This document shows, piece after piece, positions 1 to 9,295 of a stretch of DNA of 64,000 nucleotides; position 1 is the first letter of the stretch; each line of letters opens with the position of its first letter. The notes under the pieces were generated by a model that saw only the letters and a list, made by a program, of their open reading frames with translations, searched no databases and was not told where the DNA came from. The translations under genes and the position numbers were made by a program. The DNA comes from an uncultured Actinomycetota bacterium (GTDB lineage: Bacteria > Actinomycetota > Actinomycetes > Actinomycetales > Dermatophilaceae): positions 616,845 through 680,844 of the forward strand of contig CAVVPX010000002.1 of NCBI GenBank assembly GCA_963750305.1, read 5' to 3'.

Positions 1-195
1 CCTGGTCGACCCGGACAGCGGGCGCAGCGCACCGTTGTGCCTTTGGGAACCGGAGAGGTTGCCGGCGCCACAGGCATTGAGGACCCGGGATCACCCTGCT
101 TCTGGGCCCGGGGTCGCCTGGTCCGGACCCAGCCCGTAGCCATGCCCCGCCGCCCGATTTCAGGTGGGTCGCCGCCCTCGGGTAGCGTCGCCCGC

Positions 196-283
196 GGAGG
201 ATTCGCATAGTGGCCTAGTGCGCACGCTTGGAAAGCGTGTTGAGTGAAAGCTCTCAGGGGTTCAAATCCCCTATCCTCCGCCA
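196..283 (+). tRNA. tRNA-Ser (anticodon GGA), class II long variable arm, CCA encoded
   Basis: Cloverleaf readable by eye: acceptor GGAGGAT / ATCCTCC, anticodon stem CACGC/GCGTG with loop TTGGAAA, long extra arm, T-arm GGGGTTCAAATCCCC, 3' end GCCA. Confidence 0.9.
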
Positions 284-289
284 GCCGAG

Positions 290-315
290 ACGGCCCCGCG
301 CGTGCGCGGGGCCGT
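290..315 (+). terminator. Stem-loop directly after tRNA-Ser
   Basis: Near-perfect palindrome ACGGCCCCGCGC gt GCGCGGGGCCGT followed by TCTGGTTCT. Confidence 0.35.
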
Positions 316-394
316 TCTGGTTCTCCGTCGCTCCGGTGCGGCAGCCGGGGGTGTCCCGGGCTCGACCGGTGCGGTGTCGGCGCCCGTCGGGATG

Positions 395-510
395 GGCCCC
401 GCGGTGTCATACACTGGACTCCGGACCCCCCGTGCGGTGGTACCTTTCCGAACTCCCCCAGGGCAGGAATGCAGCAAGGGTAGGAGAGCTCTTCCAGGTG
501 CGCGGGGGGT
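395..510 (+). ncRNA. ffs: Signal recognition particle RNA (small bacterial type, 4.5S-like)
   Basis: Domain IV architecture visible at 455-480: CCC-CAGG-GCA-GGAA-UGC-AGCA-(A)GGG, with the GGAA tetraloop at 466-469. Termini CCCCGCG (397) and CGCGGGG (501) can pair. The position between tRNA-Ser and dnaX is the usual actinobacterial location of ffs. Boundaries are approximate. Confidence 0.65.
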
Positions 511-680
511 TCTTCGCGCACCTCGGCGGCTCAGCCAGGGACGCTACGGTCCGGCTCCTCAGTGGATGTCGAGGCGTCGGAACGCGAAGGTGGTCGCACC
601 GACGAGCACCTGACGCAGCCTGGATTCTGGGTCGGGCACCGACCGGGTCCGGTGTCCGCCGAGACGGTTAGGGTTCGAGC

Positions 681-3143
681 GTGAGCACCGCCCTGTACCG
701 CCGCTACCGGCCCGAGACGTTCGCCGACGTCATCGGGCAGGAGCATGTCACCGAGCCGCTCATGCAGGCACTGCGGACGGGGCGGGTCAACCACGCCTAC
801 CTCTTCTCGGGCCCGCGCGGGTGCGGCAAGACCTCCAGCGCCCGCATCCTGGCGAGGTGCCTCAACTGCGAGCAGGGGCCAACCCCCGAGCCCTGTGGCA
901 CGTGTGACTCGTGCGTCGCGCTCGCGCGCGGTGGGTCGGGCACGGTCGACGTCATCGAGATCGATGCCGCCAGCCATGGTGGTGTCGACGATGCCCGTGA
1001 CCTGCGCGAACGCGCGTCCTACGGCCCCGCCCAGAGCCGGTTCAAGGTGTACATCATTGACGAGGCGCACATGGTGACGCCGCAGGGTTTCAACGCGTTG
1101 CTCAAGATCGTCGAGGAGCCGCCGGAGCACGTGAAGTTCATCTTCGCGACGACCGAGCCCGAGAAGGTCATCGGCACGATCCGCTCGCGCACCCACCACT
1201 ACCCGTTCCGCCTCGTCCCGCCCGCGCGGCTGCAGGGCTACCTCGAGCAGCTGTGTGCCGCCGAGGATGTGGCGGTCGCGCCGGGGGTGCTCTCGTTCGT
1301 CGTCCGCGCGGGCGGCGGGTCGGTCCGGGACTCACTCTCGGTCCTTGACCAGCTGATCTCGGGGTCCGGCGCGGACGGCTTGACCTATGAGGGTGCCGCT
1401 GCCCTGCTCGGCTTCACCGGCGGCGAGCTGCTCGACGCCACGATCGACGCGTTCACCGCGGGCGACGCGGCCGGGGTGTTCCACCAGGTCGACCGCGTCA
1501 TCGACACCGGGCTCGACCCGCGCCGGTTCGTCGAGGACCTCCTCGAACGGCTGCGCGACCTCATCGTCATCGCCGCTGTTCCCGATGGCGCCGCGTCGGT
1601 CCTCCGGTCGCTGCCGGTTGACCAGCTCGACCGGATGCGCCAGCAGGCGGCCGCTTTCGGCCAGGCGTCGCTGTCTCGTGCGGCCGACCTGGTCAACGCG
1701 GGCCTGACCGAGATGACCGGAGCCACCGCTCCGCGGCTCCAGCTCGAGCTGATCTGTGCGCGCGTGCTGCTGCCCGGGGTGTCAGGGGAGCAGGGGTACG
1801 CCGCCCGCCTGGACCGGCTCGAACGCCGCCTCGACGTGGGCGGGGTGCCGTCCCAGGCCCGCACGCCTGCGGGGGCAGCGCCTGCGGGGGCACCGCCTGC
1901 CGCTGCGCCGACTGCGGCTGCGCCGACGGCGGCGGGTCCGACGGCGGTGGGGCCGACGGCGGTGGATCAGCGCGGAATGGATCAGCGCGGGGTGGATCAG
2001 CGCGGCGTGGATCGGCCGACCGCCGAACGCAGCAAATCCACACCCCCGTCCGCGCCTGCCGTTCCGGCCGTGGTGGAGCCCGTCGAGGAGCCGCGATCTG
2101 ATCGGCACGAGCCGCCACCGGAGGACCTCTGGCCGCCGGATGAGCAGGTCGAGGCCGCCCAGCTCGGGGACGTTGCGCCTGAGGTCGTTGCCCCGACGCC
2201 CCCGCCCGGTGGGGGGATCGACACCGCGGCGATCCGCCGCTCCTGGCCGGACGTGCTCGCCGCGATCTTCGGGCTCAAACGCGCGACCTGGACGTTCCTG
2301 TCCGAACACGCGCAGGTCCTGGACTACGACGGCCAGCGGTTGCTGCTCGGGATCTCCACCGTCGGGTTGGCCAACACGTTCCGTCGAGGTCAGCACGCAG
2401 AGCTGGTGCGCCAAGCCCTGGTCGACGTCCTCGGGGTGGACGTCCGGGTCGAGGGGGTTCCGACGACCGACGCCGGCCCGCGCGGTGGCCCGGAGGGCGG
2501 GTCTCGCGGGGGACCGGATTCCGGTTCCCGCGGTAGGTCGGGCGTAGGCCCCAGCGGTGGGCAGGGCGCAGGCCCCAGCGGTGGGACGGGCGCAGGCCCC
2601 AGCGGTGGGCAGGGCGCAGGCCCCAGCGGTGGGTCGGGTGCAGGCCCCAGCGTTAGGACGGGCGCCGGGCCCAGCGGTAGGACGGGCGGCGGTCCCGGTG
2701 GCGTCCCCTCCGAGTCTGCCCAGACCCGCGGGACGGCTGCGCCGACCCCTGCCGCGGCCGCTCCGGACCGTCGTGCGTTCGCGCCGGAGTCGACCTCGGA
2801 CTGGGCCAGCGGCCCGGCCCATGATGCAGCGCCGTCCTGGGCCACCGACCCCGGGCGGGGGCGCGCCGGCGGGCCGTCCGCACCGGCGGGGGCCGAACAC
2901 CAGAGGGCCGACGCCCCACGGGCCGACCCCCAGCAGGCCCACGGTCCGCAGACGGGCTCGCCCCTCGCTCGAGCCCGCGCCGAGGTCGCCGGCGAACGCC
3001 CCGTCGAGCCGGATGCCCCCCAGGTGGCCGACGACTCAGTCGTGAGCGTCGACGACGAGAACATCGAGGACGCCGGGGACGTGGGTCAGCCGGTCTTTGA
3101 GCGCCTGCTCGGCGGCCGGGTCATCGACGACGGCGCTTCCTGA
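681..3143 (+). CDS. dnaX: DNA polymerase III subunits gamma/tau
   Basis: N-terminus MSTALYRRYRPETFADVIGQEHV, Walker A GPRGCGKTS, zinc module CNCEQGPTPEPCGTCDSC, SRT motif RSRTHHY. Long Pro/Ala/Gly-rich linker precedes a conserved C-terminal domain. Confidence 0.95.
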   Translation: MSTALYRRYRPETFADVIGQEHVTEPLMQALRTGRVNHAYLFSGPRGCGKTSSARILARCLNCEQGPTPEPCGTCDSCVALARGGSGTVDVIEIDAASHGGVDDARDLRERASYGPAQSRFKVYIIDEAHMVTPQGFNALLKIVEEPPEHVKFIFATTEPEKVIGTIRSRTHHYPFRLVPPARLQGYLEQLCAAEDVAVAPGVLSFVVRAGGGSVRDSLSVLDQLISGSGADGLTYEGAAALLGFTGGELLDATIDAFTAGDAAGVFHQVDRVIDTGLDPRRFVEDLLERLRDLIVIAAVPDGAASVLRSLPVDQLDRMRQQAAAFGQASLSRAADLVNAGLTEMTGATAPRLQLELICARVLLPGVSGEQGYAARLDRLERRLDVGGVPSQARTPAGAAPAGAPPAAAPTAAAPTAAGPTAVGPTAVDQRGMDQRGVDQRGVDRPTAERSKSTPPSAPAVPAVVEPVEEPRSDRHEPPPEDLWPPDEQVEAAQLGDVAPEVVAPTPPPGGGIDTAAIRRSWPDVLAAIFGLKRATWTFLSEHAQVLDYDGQRLLLGISTVGLANTFRRGQHAELVRQALVDVLGVDVRVEGVPTTDAGPRGGPEGGSRGGPDSGSRGRSGVGPSGGQGAGPSGGTGAGPSGGQGAGPSGGSGAGPSVRTGAGPSGRTGGGPGGVPSESAQTRGTAAPTPAAAAPDRRAFAPESTSDWASGPAHDAAPSWATDPGRGRAGGPSAPAGAEHQRADAPRADPQQAHGPQTGSPLARARAEVAGERPVEPDAPQVADDSVVSVDDENIEDAGDVGQPVFERLLGGRVIDDGAS
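1896..2015 (+). repeat. Two families of in-frame 15-bp tandem repeats inside dnaX
   Basis: gc(g/t)gcgccgac(t/g)gcg-type units encode AAPTA/AGPTAV. They are followed by ggatcagcgcggnnt x3, encoding (M/V)DQRG. Confidence 0.8.
2541..2684 (+). repeat. In-frame 24-bp tandem repeat x6 inside dnaX
   Basis: Units ggcgcaggccccagcggtgggcag with few substitutions, encoding GAGPSGG(Q/T/S). A degenerate seventh unit follows. Confidence 0.85.
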
Positions 3144-3366
3144 GCGCACCGACGCGGGTGGGTCGGGCCGCCGCGAAGACTGCTGCCGGCCTGGGTGGGT
3201 GCAGACCGGCTGCCCCTTGCAGGGTGCGCGGAGAAGGCGTCGCCGTCGGAGGCTTGGTAGCGAGGACCAGCATGGCTGATATCGTGACTCGTCTGTGACG
3301 TACGGCGTTGTGTACCAGTAGGATTCGGCGGGTTGGTTGTCGGTGGTCGGGTCTAGGTTGAGGGGT

Positions 3367-4800
3367 ATGGAAGCAGCCGTGACCGACCAGGAGGCGGTGG
3401 CCGCGATGGCCACGCTCCGGGCTTGGGCGGGCCGGCTTGCTGGGCGGGTCGGGTGGGTGCAGGAACCTGACGTCAGCGATCTGGTGGTGCAGCTCGGTTC
3501 GGTGCTGCGTTGCGCTGAGGGTGCGCGGGTGGCGTTGGTCGCTGAAGCGGCGCAGCGGGGGCTGGCTGCCAGTTCTGGCCCGTTCGGGTCCCTGGGCGGG
3601 GACCTGAAGGCGTGGGTCGGGCAGCGGTCACCTGGTGTGCCGGTGGGTGAGGTCGCCCGGGTGGTGCGGGTGGTCCAGGGTGGGCGGACCCGGACCCATG
3701 CACCGGTCCTTGCGGCGGTGACCTGGGGGCGGGTGGGTCTGGTCGCGGCGGACCTCGCGTTGGGGGAGATGACCCGGTTGAAGCCGCTGCTGAACCCTGA
3801 CGTCGTTGAGGCGGTGTGGGAGTCCTACCTGATGCTGGCTGAGACTGGGGACCTGAAACTGGTCCGGGCCTTGCGGCCGGCGATGATCGCCCGGTTCGGG
3901 GGCGAGGGTGAGCTCCAGGACCGGCAGGACACCGCCAAGGCGCGGACCGGTCTGACCCGCCCCCGCCCGTTGGACGACAAGTCCGGGTGTGAGGGGCTGG
4001 TGGAGTACAGGCTGGTCACTGACGCCGAAGGCAGGGCCGTCATCGAAGCAGCGATCGGGCCGTTGTCGGCGCCGGTCCCCGGCCCGGACGGGGAACCCGA
4101 CCCCCGCACCGCTACCCGCCGCCGGGCCGAGGCGCTGGTCGGGATGCTCCGCCGGGCGACCGAAGCCGGCGAGAAGGTCCCGTCGGTGGCCAAGACCCAG
4201 CTGATGCTCACGATCCGCGCGACCGACCTGGTCGCGGGCAGCAACGCGGCCGAGGTCCTCGGGTCGTTGGACACCGGGCTGCTGCTGGGGACGGAGACCG
4301 CCCGCAAACTTGCTTGTGACGCCGCGATCACCCCGGTGGTCCTGGACGAGGAGCAGAACCTGCTCCACCTCGGCCGCACCCGGCGCCTGTTCACCCCGAC
4401 CCAGCTGAAAGCGCTGTGGTGCAGGGACCGGCACTGCACCTACCCCGGCTGCGACACCCCAGCCCACTGGTGCGACGCCCACCATGTGGTCCATTGGGTC
4501 GACGGCGGCCCCACCGACCTGGACAACGCGGCCCTGCTCTGTGGGTTCCACCACACCCTGGTCCACCAACGACGACTCACCGCAACCCTGACTAGATCCC
4601 GAGGTCGACCCGACTCGAGCGGCGGGGGTTCGGGGGGCAACGGGGGCGGAGCCCCCGTTGGTTGCGGCTCCTCGGGGGTGAACGGGGGCGGAGCCCCCGT
4701 CGGTTGGGACCTGACCCCCGGCTCCTACGACCGCGCCCTCGCTTCCGACCGGGACAGACCCAGAGACATCGGCAGCGACCCACCACCCTGCGTCGCCTGA
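3367..4800 (+). CDS. HNH endonuclease with DUF222-type N-terminal region (13E12-repeat-like family)
   Basis: C-terminal motif CTYPGCDTPAHWCDAHHVVHWVDGGPTDLDNAALLCGFHHTLVH. ATG at 3367 has a GAGGGG SD; an alternative upstream start lies at 3337. Confidence 0.8.
   Translation: MEAAVTDQEAVAAMATLRAWAGRLAGRVGWVQEPDVSDLVVQLGSVLRCAEGARVALVAEAAQRGLAASSGPFGSLGGDLKAWVGQRSPGVPVGEVARVVRVVQGGRTRTHAPVLAAVTWGRVGLVAADLALGEMTRLKPLLNPDVVEAVWESYLMLAETGDLKLVRALRPAMIARFGGEGELQDRQDTAKARTGLTRPRPLDDKSGCEGLVEYRLVTDAEGRAVIEAAIGPLSAPVPGPDGEPDPRTATRRRAEALVGMLRRATEAGEKVPSVAKTQLMLTIRATDLVAGSNAAEVLGSLDTGLLLGTETARKLACDAAITPVVLDEEQNLLHLGRTRRLFTPTQLKALWCRDRHCTYPGCDTPAHWCDAHHVVHWVDGGPTDLDNAALLCGFHHTLVHQRRLTATLTRSRGRPDSSGGGSGGNGGGAPVGCGSSGVNGGGAPVGWDLTPGSYDRALASDRDRPRDIGSDPPPCVA
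4639..4701 (+). repeat. Direct duplication of a hairpin-forming 20-21-mer at the 3' end of the HNH gene
   Basis: aacgggggcggagcccccgt occurs at 4639-4659 and 4681-4700. Each copy is self-complementary: ACGGGGG cggag CCCCCGT. Confidence 0.8.
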
Positions 4801-4977
4801 CCGGTGAAACTATGGCCCGCTGCATGGTTGGCGTCACGTCCGCCCTTGGCGTCGCGTCCCCCATTGCGACCCGCCGGGAATCCCTCCCGGTGAGGTCCCG
4901 GTGATGGTGGTCCGCCGGGCACCGGGGCCATCACCCTCGCCGCGAGCCCGGATGGAGCCCCGACTTGGGATGAGGTG

Positions 4978-5415
4978 TCAGCGACCCGCCAGCTGACTCG
5001 CCAGGCGGTCGAGATCCTTGGTCATGGCCCGCCTCATGGCTTTTGCCATCACGGGTGCAGCGACGGTCGAGAACCCACTTGGCGTTCCTCGGTTGCGCAA
5101 CCTCATCAAGGTGCCACCCGGGACGTCCTCCCACGTGTACGTCGTCTCCATGGGGAACGGCCCGCTCGAAGTGCGCATGACAAGTCGACGGCCTGGCTCC
5201 AGTGCCTCCACCCGGTAGGTGTAGACCAACCGGCGACCGAGGAACTTGGCCGTGAAGTCGAGCAGCGACCCGACAGCGATCGGCGGCTGACTGCGCCAGC
5301 TCACGGACTGGATGTTGGTGTACCACTGGGGCGCGTTGGTCGGGTCGCCTGCGTAGGCGGCCACCTCCTCAGCTTGAAGCGGAAACAGCCTCTCGACCTC
5401 TACGTCGACCTGCAT
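4978..5415 (-). CDS. SRPBCC family protein (polyketide cyclase/dehydrase-like)
   Basis: MQVDVEVERLFPLQAEEVAAYAGDPTNAPQWY... is a typical START/Bet v1-like N-terminus. ATG at 5415 was chosen over the longer ORF start at 5514. Confidence 0.75.
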   Translation of the reverse strand: MQVDVEVERLFPLQAEEVAAYAGDPTNAPQWYTNIQSVSWRSQPPIAVGSLLDFTAKFLGRRLVYTYRVEALEPGRRLVMRTSSGPFPMETTYTWEDVPGGTLMRLRNRGTPSGFSTVAAPVMAKAMRRAMTKDLDRLASQLAGR

Positions 5416-5680
5416 GGAACTCAGTATGGACGGCCGCTTGGCGCGCGAGGCAGAGATCAGGCTCGACCTGTGTGTCGGCACGACCTCGGGGATCACGCCA
5501 GTCCGGCGCCGCACCTCGTTCGCGAGGGAAACCCGACTTCAGTCCTCTTCCCGAGCCCTGCACCCGCCTGGGTCCGACCCGCCCGGCTCCGACCCGCCGT
5601 GCGCGCGGTGGAGACCGCCGTTCCGGCTCGTCGATGTGCGGCGACCGTGCGACCCGGTGGTCTGACCCACAGCCGGGCGG

Positions 5681-5726
5681 ATCGCGTGGTCGAGGGTGCA
5701 ACGGTGCGCACCCTCGACCACGCGAT
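5681..5726 (-). terminator. Perfect 19-bp stem hairpin downstream of the secreted-protein gene
   Basis: ATCGCGTGGTCGAGGGTGC (5681-5699) pairs with GCACCCTCGACCACGCGAT (5708-5726). It lies 33 nt after the minus-strand stop at 5759. No U-tract. Confidence 0.45.
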
Positions 5727-5758
5727 GACACGTCCTGGTCCACATGACCGTCGGCCGG

Positions 5759-6145
5759 TCAGCTGCAGCCGGTGCAGTAGACGTACCCGGTGCCGAGGTT
5801 GTACTGGAGGTTGCCGGGGCTGGCGTAGTAGGGCGTCGCGCCGAAGAAGAAGGCCGAGCCGACCCGCTCGGAGACGACCAGCTTGAGGTAGTACGGGCGG
5901 AGGCTGCTGCCGATGTTGAAGGCGGCGCAGCCGTTGCGGTCGATCGGGGTCGAGTAGCCGGTGAAGGCCCACTGGGCACCGTTCCAGTACTGCAGCTTTG
6001 CGGGCGTGCCCGTGAAGCCCATGCCGGGGGTCGGGGACCGGAAGCAGCCCGAGAGGTAGCTGGCGGCGTGGGCGGGGGTGGCCGTGGCGACACCGAGGCC
6101 GAGCGGCGCGGCGATCGCCAGCGCCAGGGCGGCGACGCGACGCAT
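5759..6145 (-). CDS. Small secreted 4-Cys hypothetical protein
   Basis: Signal peptide MRRVAALALAIAAPLGLGVATATPAHA. The mature part of about 100 aa is Gly/Tyr-rich with 4 Cys, including C-terminal CTGCS. Start taken at internal ATG 6145; the ORF extends to 6241. Confidence 0.6.
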   Translation of the reverse strand: MRRVAALALAIAAPLGLGVATATPAHAASYLSGCFRSPTPGMGFTGTPAKLQYWNGAQWAFTGYSTPIDRNGCAAFNIGSSLRPYYLKLVVSERVGSAFFFGATPYYASPGNLQYNLGTGYVYCTGCS

Positions 6146-6367
6146 GACCCGGCTCCGGCCCGAGGAGCGGGCGGGGATGGGGATGGCGACCTCGGCCTCG
6201 ACCGAGCTCTGCGGGGTGACGGTGGCGACGTGGTGAGACATGGGGCTCTCCTTCTGGGACTGATCGGACCTTGTTGTCTGACCGGTTGACGCCAGAGTGG
6301 GCGGGGTCGCTGAAGAGCCGCTTAAGGGCCACTGAGGACCTCGGTCGCTACGGGCCAGCGACAGAGT

Positions 6368-7837
6368 TCAGTCCAGGTGCCGGAACCGTGCCCACAGCCG
6401 CGACCACGGCTCACGCGGACCGCTGCAGACTGCGACGGGCAGTCCCTGTTCCTCGTTGTCGACGTCGACGCCGTTGTCGAGGCGGGTCACCACCTCGCAC
6501 GTGGCGAACCCGTCGGACACGTGGTCGAGCTGGCCGCCGACGATGACGACCGTCGTGGTCGAGTCGGGCGGGCGCGCCACGGACCACAGGTGGTTCTGCC
6601 CGCTGTATGCACCGGGCAGCCCGTGATCGGGCCCGTACCTCGCCACGGCACCGGCCTCGCCGTAGTTCGACGTGACCACCGCCACCGTTCCCGCGCCGGG
6701 CCGGGTGGCCGCGACGACATACGCCTCGGTGATCTGGTCGACGTAGTCCGGCCAGCCGACCTGGTCGGCAACCAGCTGGCTGATGCCGGGGATCGGCGTG
6801 GAGCCCAGGCTCGTGACCGGGACGACGGGGAGCCCGAGCAGCACTGCGACCACCCCGTTGACCGCGACAGCCGCCACCGTGGCCCGACGCCTAAACCTAT
6901 GTCCGACAAGCCATTTCGCGACGGGAACACAACCGGCCGCGTAGGCCACTACCAGCACCCCGACCGTGTAGTGCGGCTGAGCCCCGGCGACGAACGTGAA
7001 GGCGACGACCGCCACGAAGGCGACGGCCAGCGACCGCACGTCCCGCCCACCGCGTCCGCTCGCGAGCCACCACAGCCCCGTCACCCAGATCGGCACGAGC
7101 GGTGGTCCCAGCAGCACCAGCAGCAGGACCCACATCTGGACCCGAACCTCGGCGGCGTTGTTGGCCGACAAGGCGCCACCCATCGTGAGCTGTGGCCAGC
7201 CGTGGGTGGCCTGGTAGCCCAGCCCCGGCGCCGCCACCAGCAGCGCCACGACGGCACCGGCCCACAGGCACGGCGACCGCAGGGCGCTGCGCGGACCGGA
7301 CGCCAGCAACCCGCCGGCCAGACCGAGCAGCAGGACCACGACCAGCCACCGGTTGGCTGTCGTGACACCGGCGACGAGCCCCACTGCCACCCACCACCTC
7401 GGGTCCCGGCGCAGGGCGCGCACCCAGCACAGCACCAGCCCGGTCCACAGGGGCAGGTCGACCGTCGAGGTGAGGAGCAGGTGCCCGAACATCATCGCTG
7501 AGGCGGACAGCCCCAAGCCGAAGGCGGACAGGACCTGCGCGCCCCTGCCGCCGCCCAGCTCGGCCGTGAGCAGCGCAGCGAGGAGGACGGTCACCACCAG
7601 GGCGACGAGCGGGACGAGGTGCATCACCCAGGCGTGGTCGGAGACGGCTGCGGCGAGTCGGGCCAGCGCCGGGGTGACCGGCGGTTGGTCGACATAGGCC
7701 CACGCCGGCGGCAGCATCCGGAAGTACAGCTCGTCCCGGTGGTACCCGTAGCCCCCTGCGCCGGCGCCGAGCAGCACCCCGGTGAGGGCAGCCGCGCCGG
7801 CCACCGGTCGCCACGAGACCTGCTGACGTGACGGCAC
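6368..7837 (-). CDS. Glycosyltransferase family 39 (ArnT/PMT-like) membrane protein
   Basis: N-terminal motif YHRDELYF, about 10 predicted TM segments, soluble C-terminal domain. GTG at 7837 is preceded by GGGAGGGGG. The rest of the 1056-aa ORF is antisense to plsC/recR. Confidence 0.75.
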   Translation of the reverse strand: MPSRQQVSWRPVAGAAALTGVLLGAGAGGYGYHRDELYFRMLPPAWAYVDQPPVTPALARLAAAVSDHAWVMHLVPLVALVVTVLLAALLTAELGGGRGAQVLSAFGLGLSASAMMFGHLLLTSTVDLPLWTGLVLCWVRALRRDPRWWVAVGLVAGVTTANRWLVVVLLLGLAGGLLASGPRSALRSPCLWAGAVVALLVAAPGLGYQATHGWPQLTMGGALSANNAAEVRVQMWVLLLVLLGPPLVPIWVTGLWWLASGRGGRDVRSLAVAFVAVVAFTFVAGAQPHYTVGVLVVAYAAGCVPVAKWLVGHRFRRRATVAAVAVNGVVAVLLGLPVVPVTSLGSTPIPGISQLVADQVGWPDYVDQITEAYVVAATRPGAGTVAVVTSNYGEAGAVARYGPDHGLPGAYSGQNHLWSVARPPDSTTTVVIVGGQLDHVSDGFATCEVVTRLDNGVDVDNEEQGLPVAVCSGPREPWSRLWARFRHLD

Positions 7838-7984
7838 TGGTCCCCCTCCCGCTCCGCGTGTAGGCCCGAGGGTGGCACGTCCGCGAGCTCGGTGGCACGT
7901 CCGCGGGCCCAGTGTCCCGCCCGCGCCCCGCCCGAACCCTGACCGCCGCGTGACCGCTCGGGGCCCGGCCGCTAGCGTTCGACC

Positions 7985-8665
7985 ATGCTGTACCGCGTGG
8001 GCAATGCCGTACTCCGGCCGCTGACCCACGTCCTGTACCGGCCGACGATCACCGGCACCGACCGGGTTCCGCGTCGCGGAGGGGTCATCTTCGCCAGCAA
8101 CCACCTGTCGTTCATCGACTCCTTCGCCATCCCGCTGGCCGCCCCTCGCAGGGTGCACTTCCTCGCCAAGTCCGACTACTTCACCGGGACGGGGATCGGC
8201 GGGGCGATCCGGCGGGAGATGTTCGAGACCATCGGGGCGATCCCCGTCGACCGCGACTCCCCGCGGGCCGCGCAGGAGTCGCTCGACGCAGGGCTGGCGG
8301 TGCTGACGGGTGGCGAGGCGTTCGGGATCTATCCGGAGGGGACCCGCTCGCGCGACGGCCGGCTGTATCGCGGGCGGACCGGCGTGGCCTGGCTGGCCCT
8401 CACCGCCGGCGTGCCCGTCGTCCCGGTGGGGCTGACGGGCACCCAGGACATCCAGCCGATCGGCGCCAGCTTGCCGCGCCTGGCCAAGGTCGGGGTCGCC
8501 TTCGGAGACCCGATCGACCCCACGACGCGGTACGCCGGTGTGCCGGCGGGGCGCGCGCGCCGGCAGCTGACCGACGACGTGATGGATGCGATCGCCACGC
8601 TGACCGGCCAGGAACGGGTCGACGAGTTCAACACGCCACCCGGCGGGGAGCAGGCGGGGGCGTGA
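7985..8665 (+). CDS. Lysophospholipid (1-acyl-sn-glycerol-3-phosphate) acyltransferase family protein
   Basis: HX4D motif NHLSFIDS and YPEGTRS motif. Confidence 0.85.
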   Translation: MLYRVGNAVLRPLTHVLYRPTITGTDRVPRRGGVIFASNHLSFIDSFAIPLAAPRRVHFLAKSDYFTGTGIGGAIRREMFETIGAIPVDRDSPRAAQESLDAGLAVLTGGEAFGIYPEGTRSRDGRLYRGRTGVAWLALTAGVPVVPVGLTGTQDIQPIGASLPRLAKVGVAFGDPIDPTTRYAGVPAGRARRQLTDDVMDAIATLTGQERVDEFNTPPGGEQAGA

Positions 8666-8695
8666 CCACGCCCGGTCCGGGCTAGGCTCGCCGGT

Positions 8696-9295
8696 GTGTA
8701 CGAAGGCGTGGTCCAGGACCTGATCGACGAGCTCGGGCGGTTGCCCGGGGTCGGTCCCAAGAGCGCCCAGCGGATCGCCTTCCACCTGCTGCAGACCGAG
8801 GCCATCGACGTGCAGCGGCTGGTCGACGCGATCACCGAGGTCAAGGCCCGGATCCGGTTCTGCCTGACCTGCGGCAACGTGGCCGAGGGCGAGGTGTGCC
8901 GGATCTGCGCCGACACCCGCCGCGACACCAGCCTGATCTGTGTCGTCGAGGAGCCCAAGGACATCGTGGCCATCGAGCGCACCCGCGAGTTCCGGGGCCG
9001 CTACCACGTGCTGGGCGGCGCGATCAGCCCGATCGAGGGCATCGGCCCGGACGACCTGCGGTTCACCGAGCTGATGACCCGGTTGGCCTCCAGCGAGGTC
9101 ACCGAGGTGATCATCGCGACCGACCCGAACCTCGAGGGCGAGGCCACCGCCGCCTACCTCGCGCGGTTCCTGCGGCCCCTGGGTCTGCGGGTCACCAGGC
9201 TGGCCTCCGGTCTGCCGGTCGGTGGCGACCTGGAGTATGCCGACGAGGTCACCCTCGGTCGTGCCTTCGAGGGACGGAGACTGCTGGATGCCTGA
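8696..9295 (+). CDS. recR: Recombination protein RecR
   Basis: [32 protein letters not shown], zinc finger [16 protein letters not shown], Toprim domain. Confidence 0.95.
   Translation: MYEGVVQDLIDELGRLPGVGPKSAQRIAFHLLQTEAIDVQRLVDAITEVKARIRFCLTCGNVAEGEVCRICADTRRDTSLICVVEEPKDIVAIERTREFRGRYHVLGGAISPIEGIGPDDLRFTELMTRLASSEVTEVIIATDPNLEGEATAAYLARFLRPLGLRVTRLASGLPVGGDLEYADEVTLGRAFEGRRLLDA

Noticed and set aside
1782-2942. 386-aa minus-strand ORF and several other ORFs inside dnaX
   Set aside because: They are antisense or out of frame to dnaX. Repetitive Arg/Pro/Gly translation is generated by the dnaX tandem repeats.
681-3143. Programmed -1 frameshift site for a gamma subunit in dnaX
   Set aside because: No A-rich slippery heptamer (A AAA AAG type) or downstream stop-in-minus-one arrangement was seen in this GC-rich gene.
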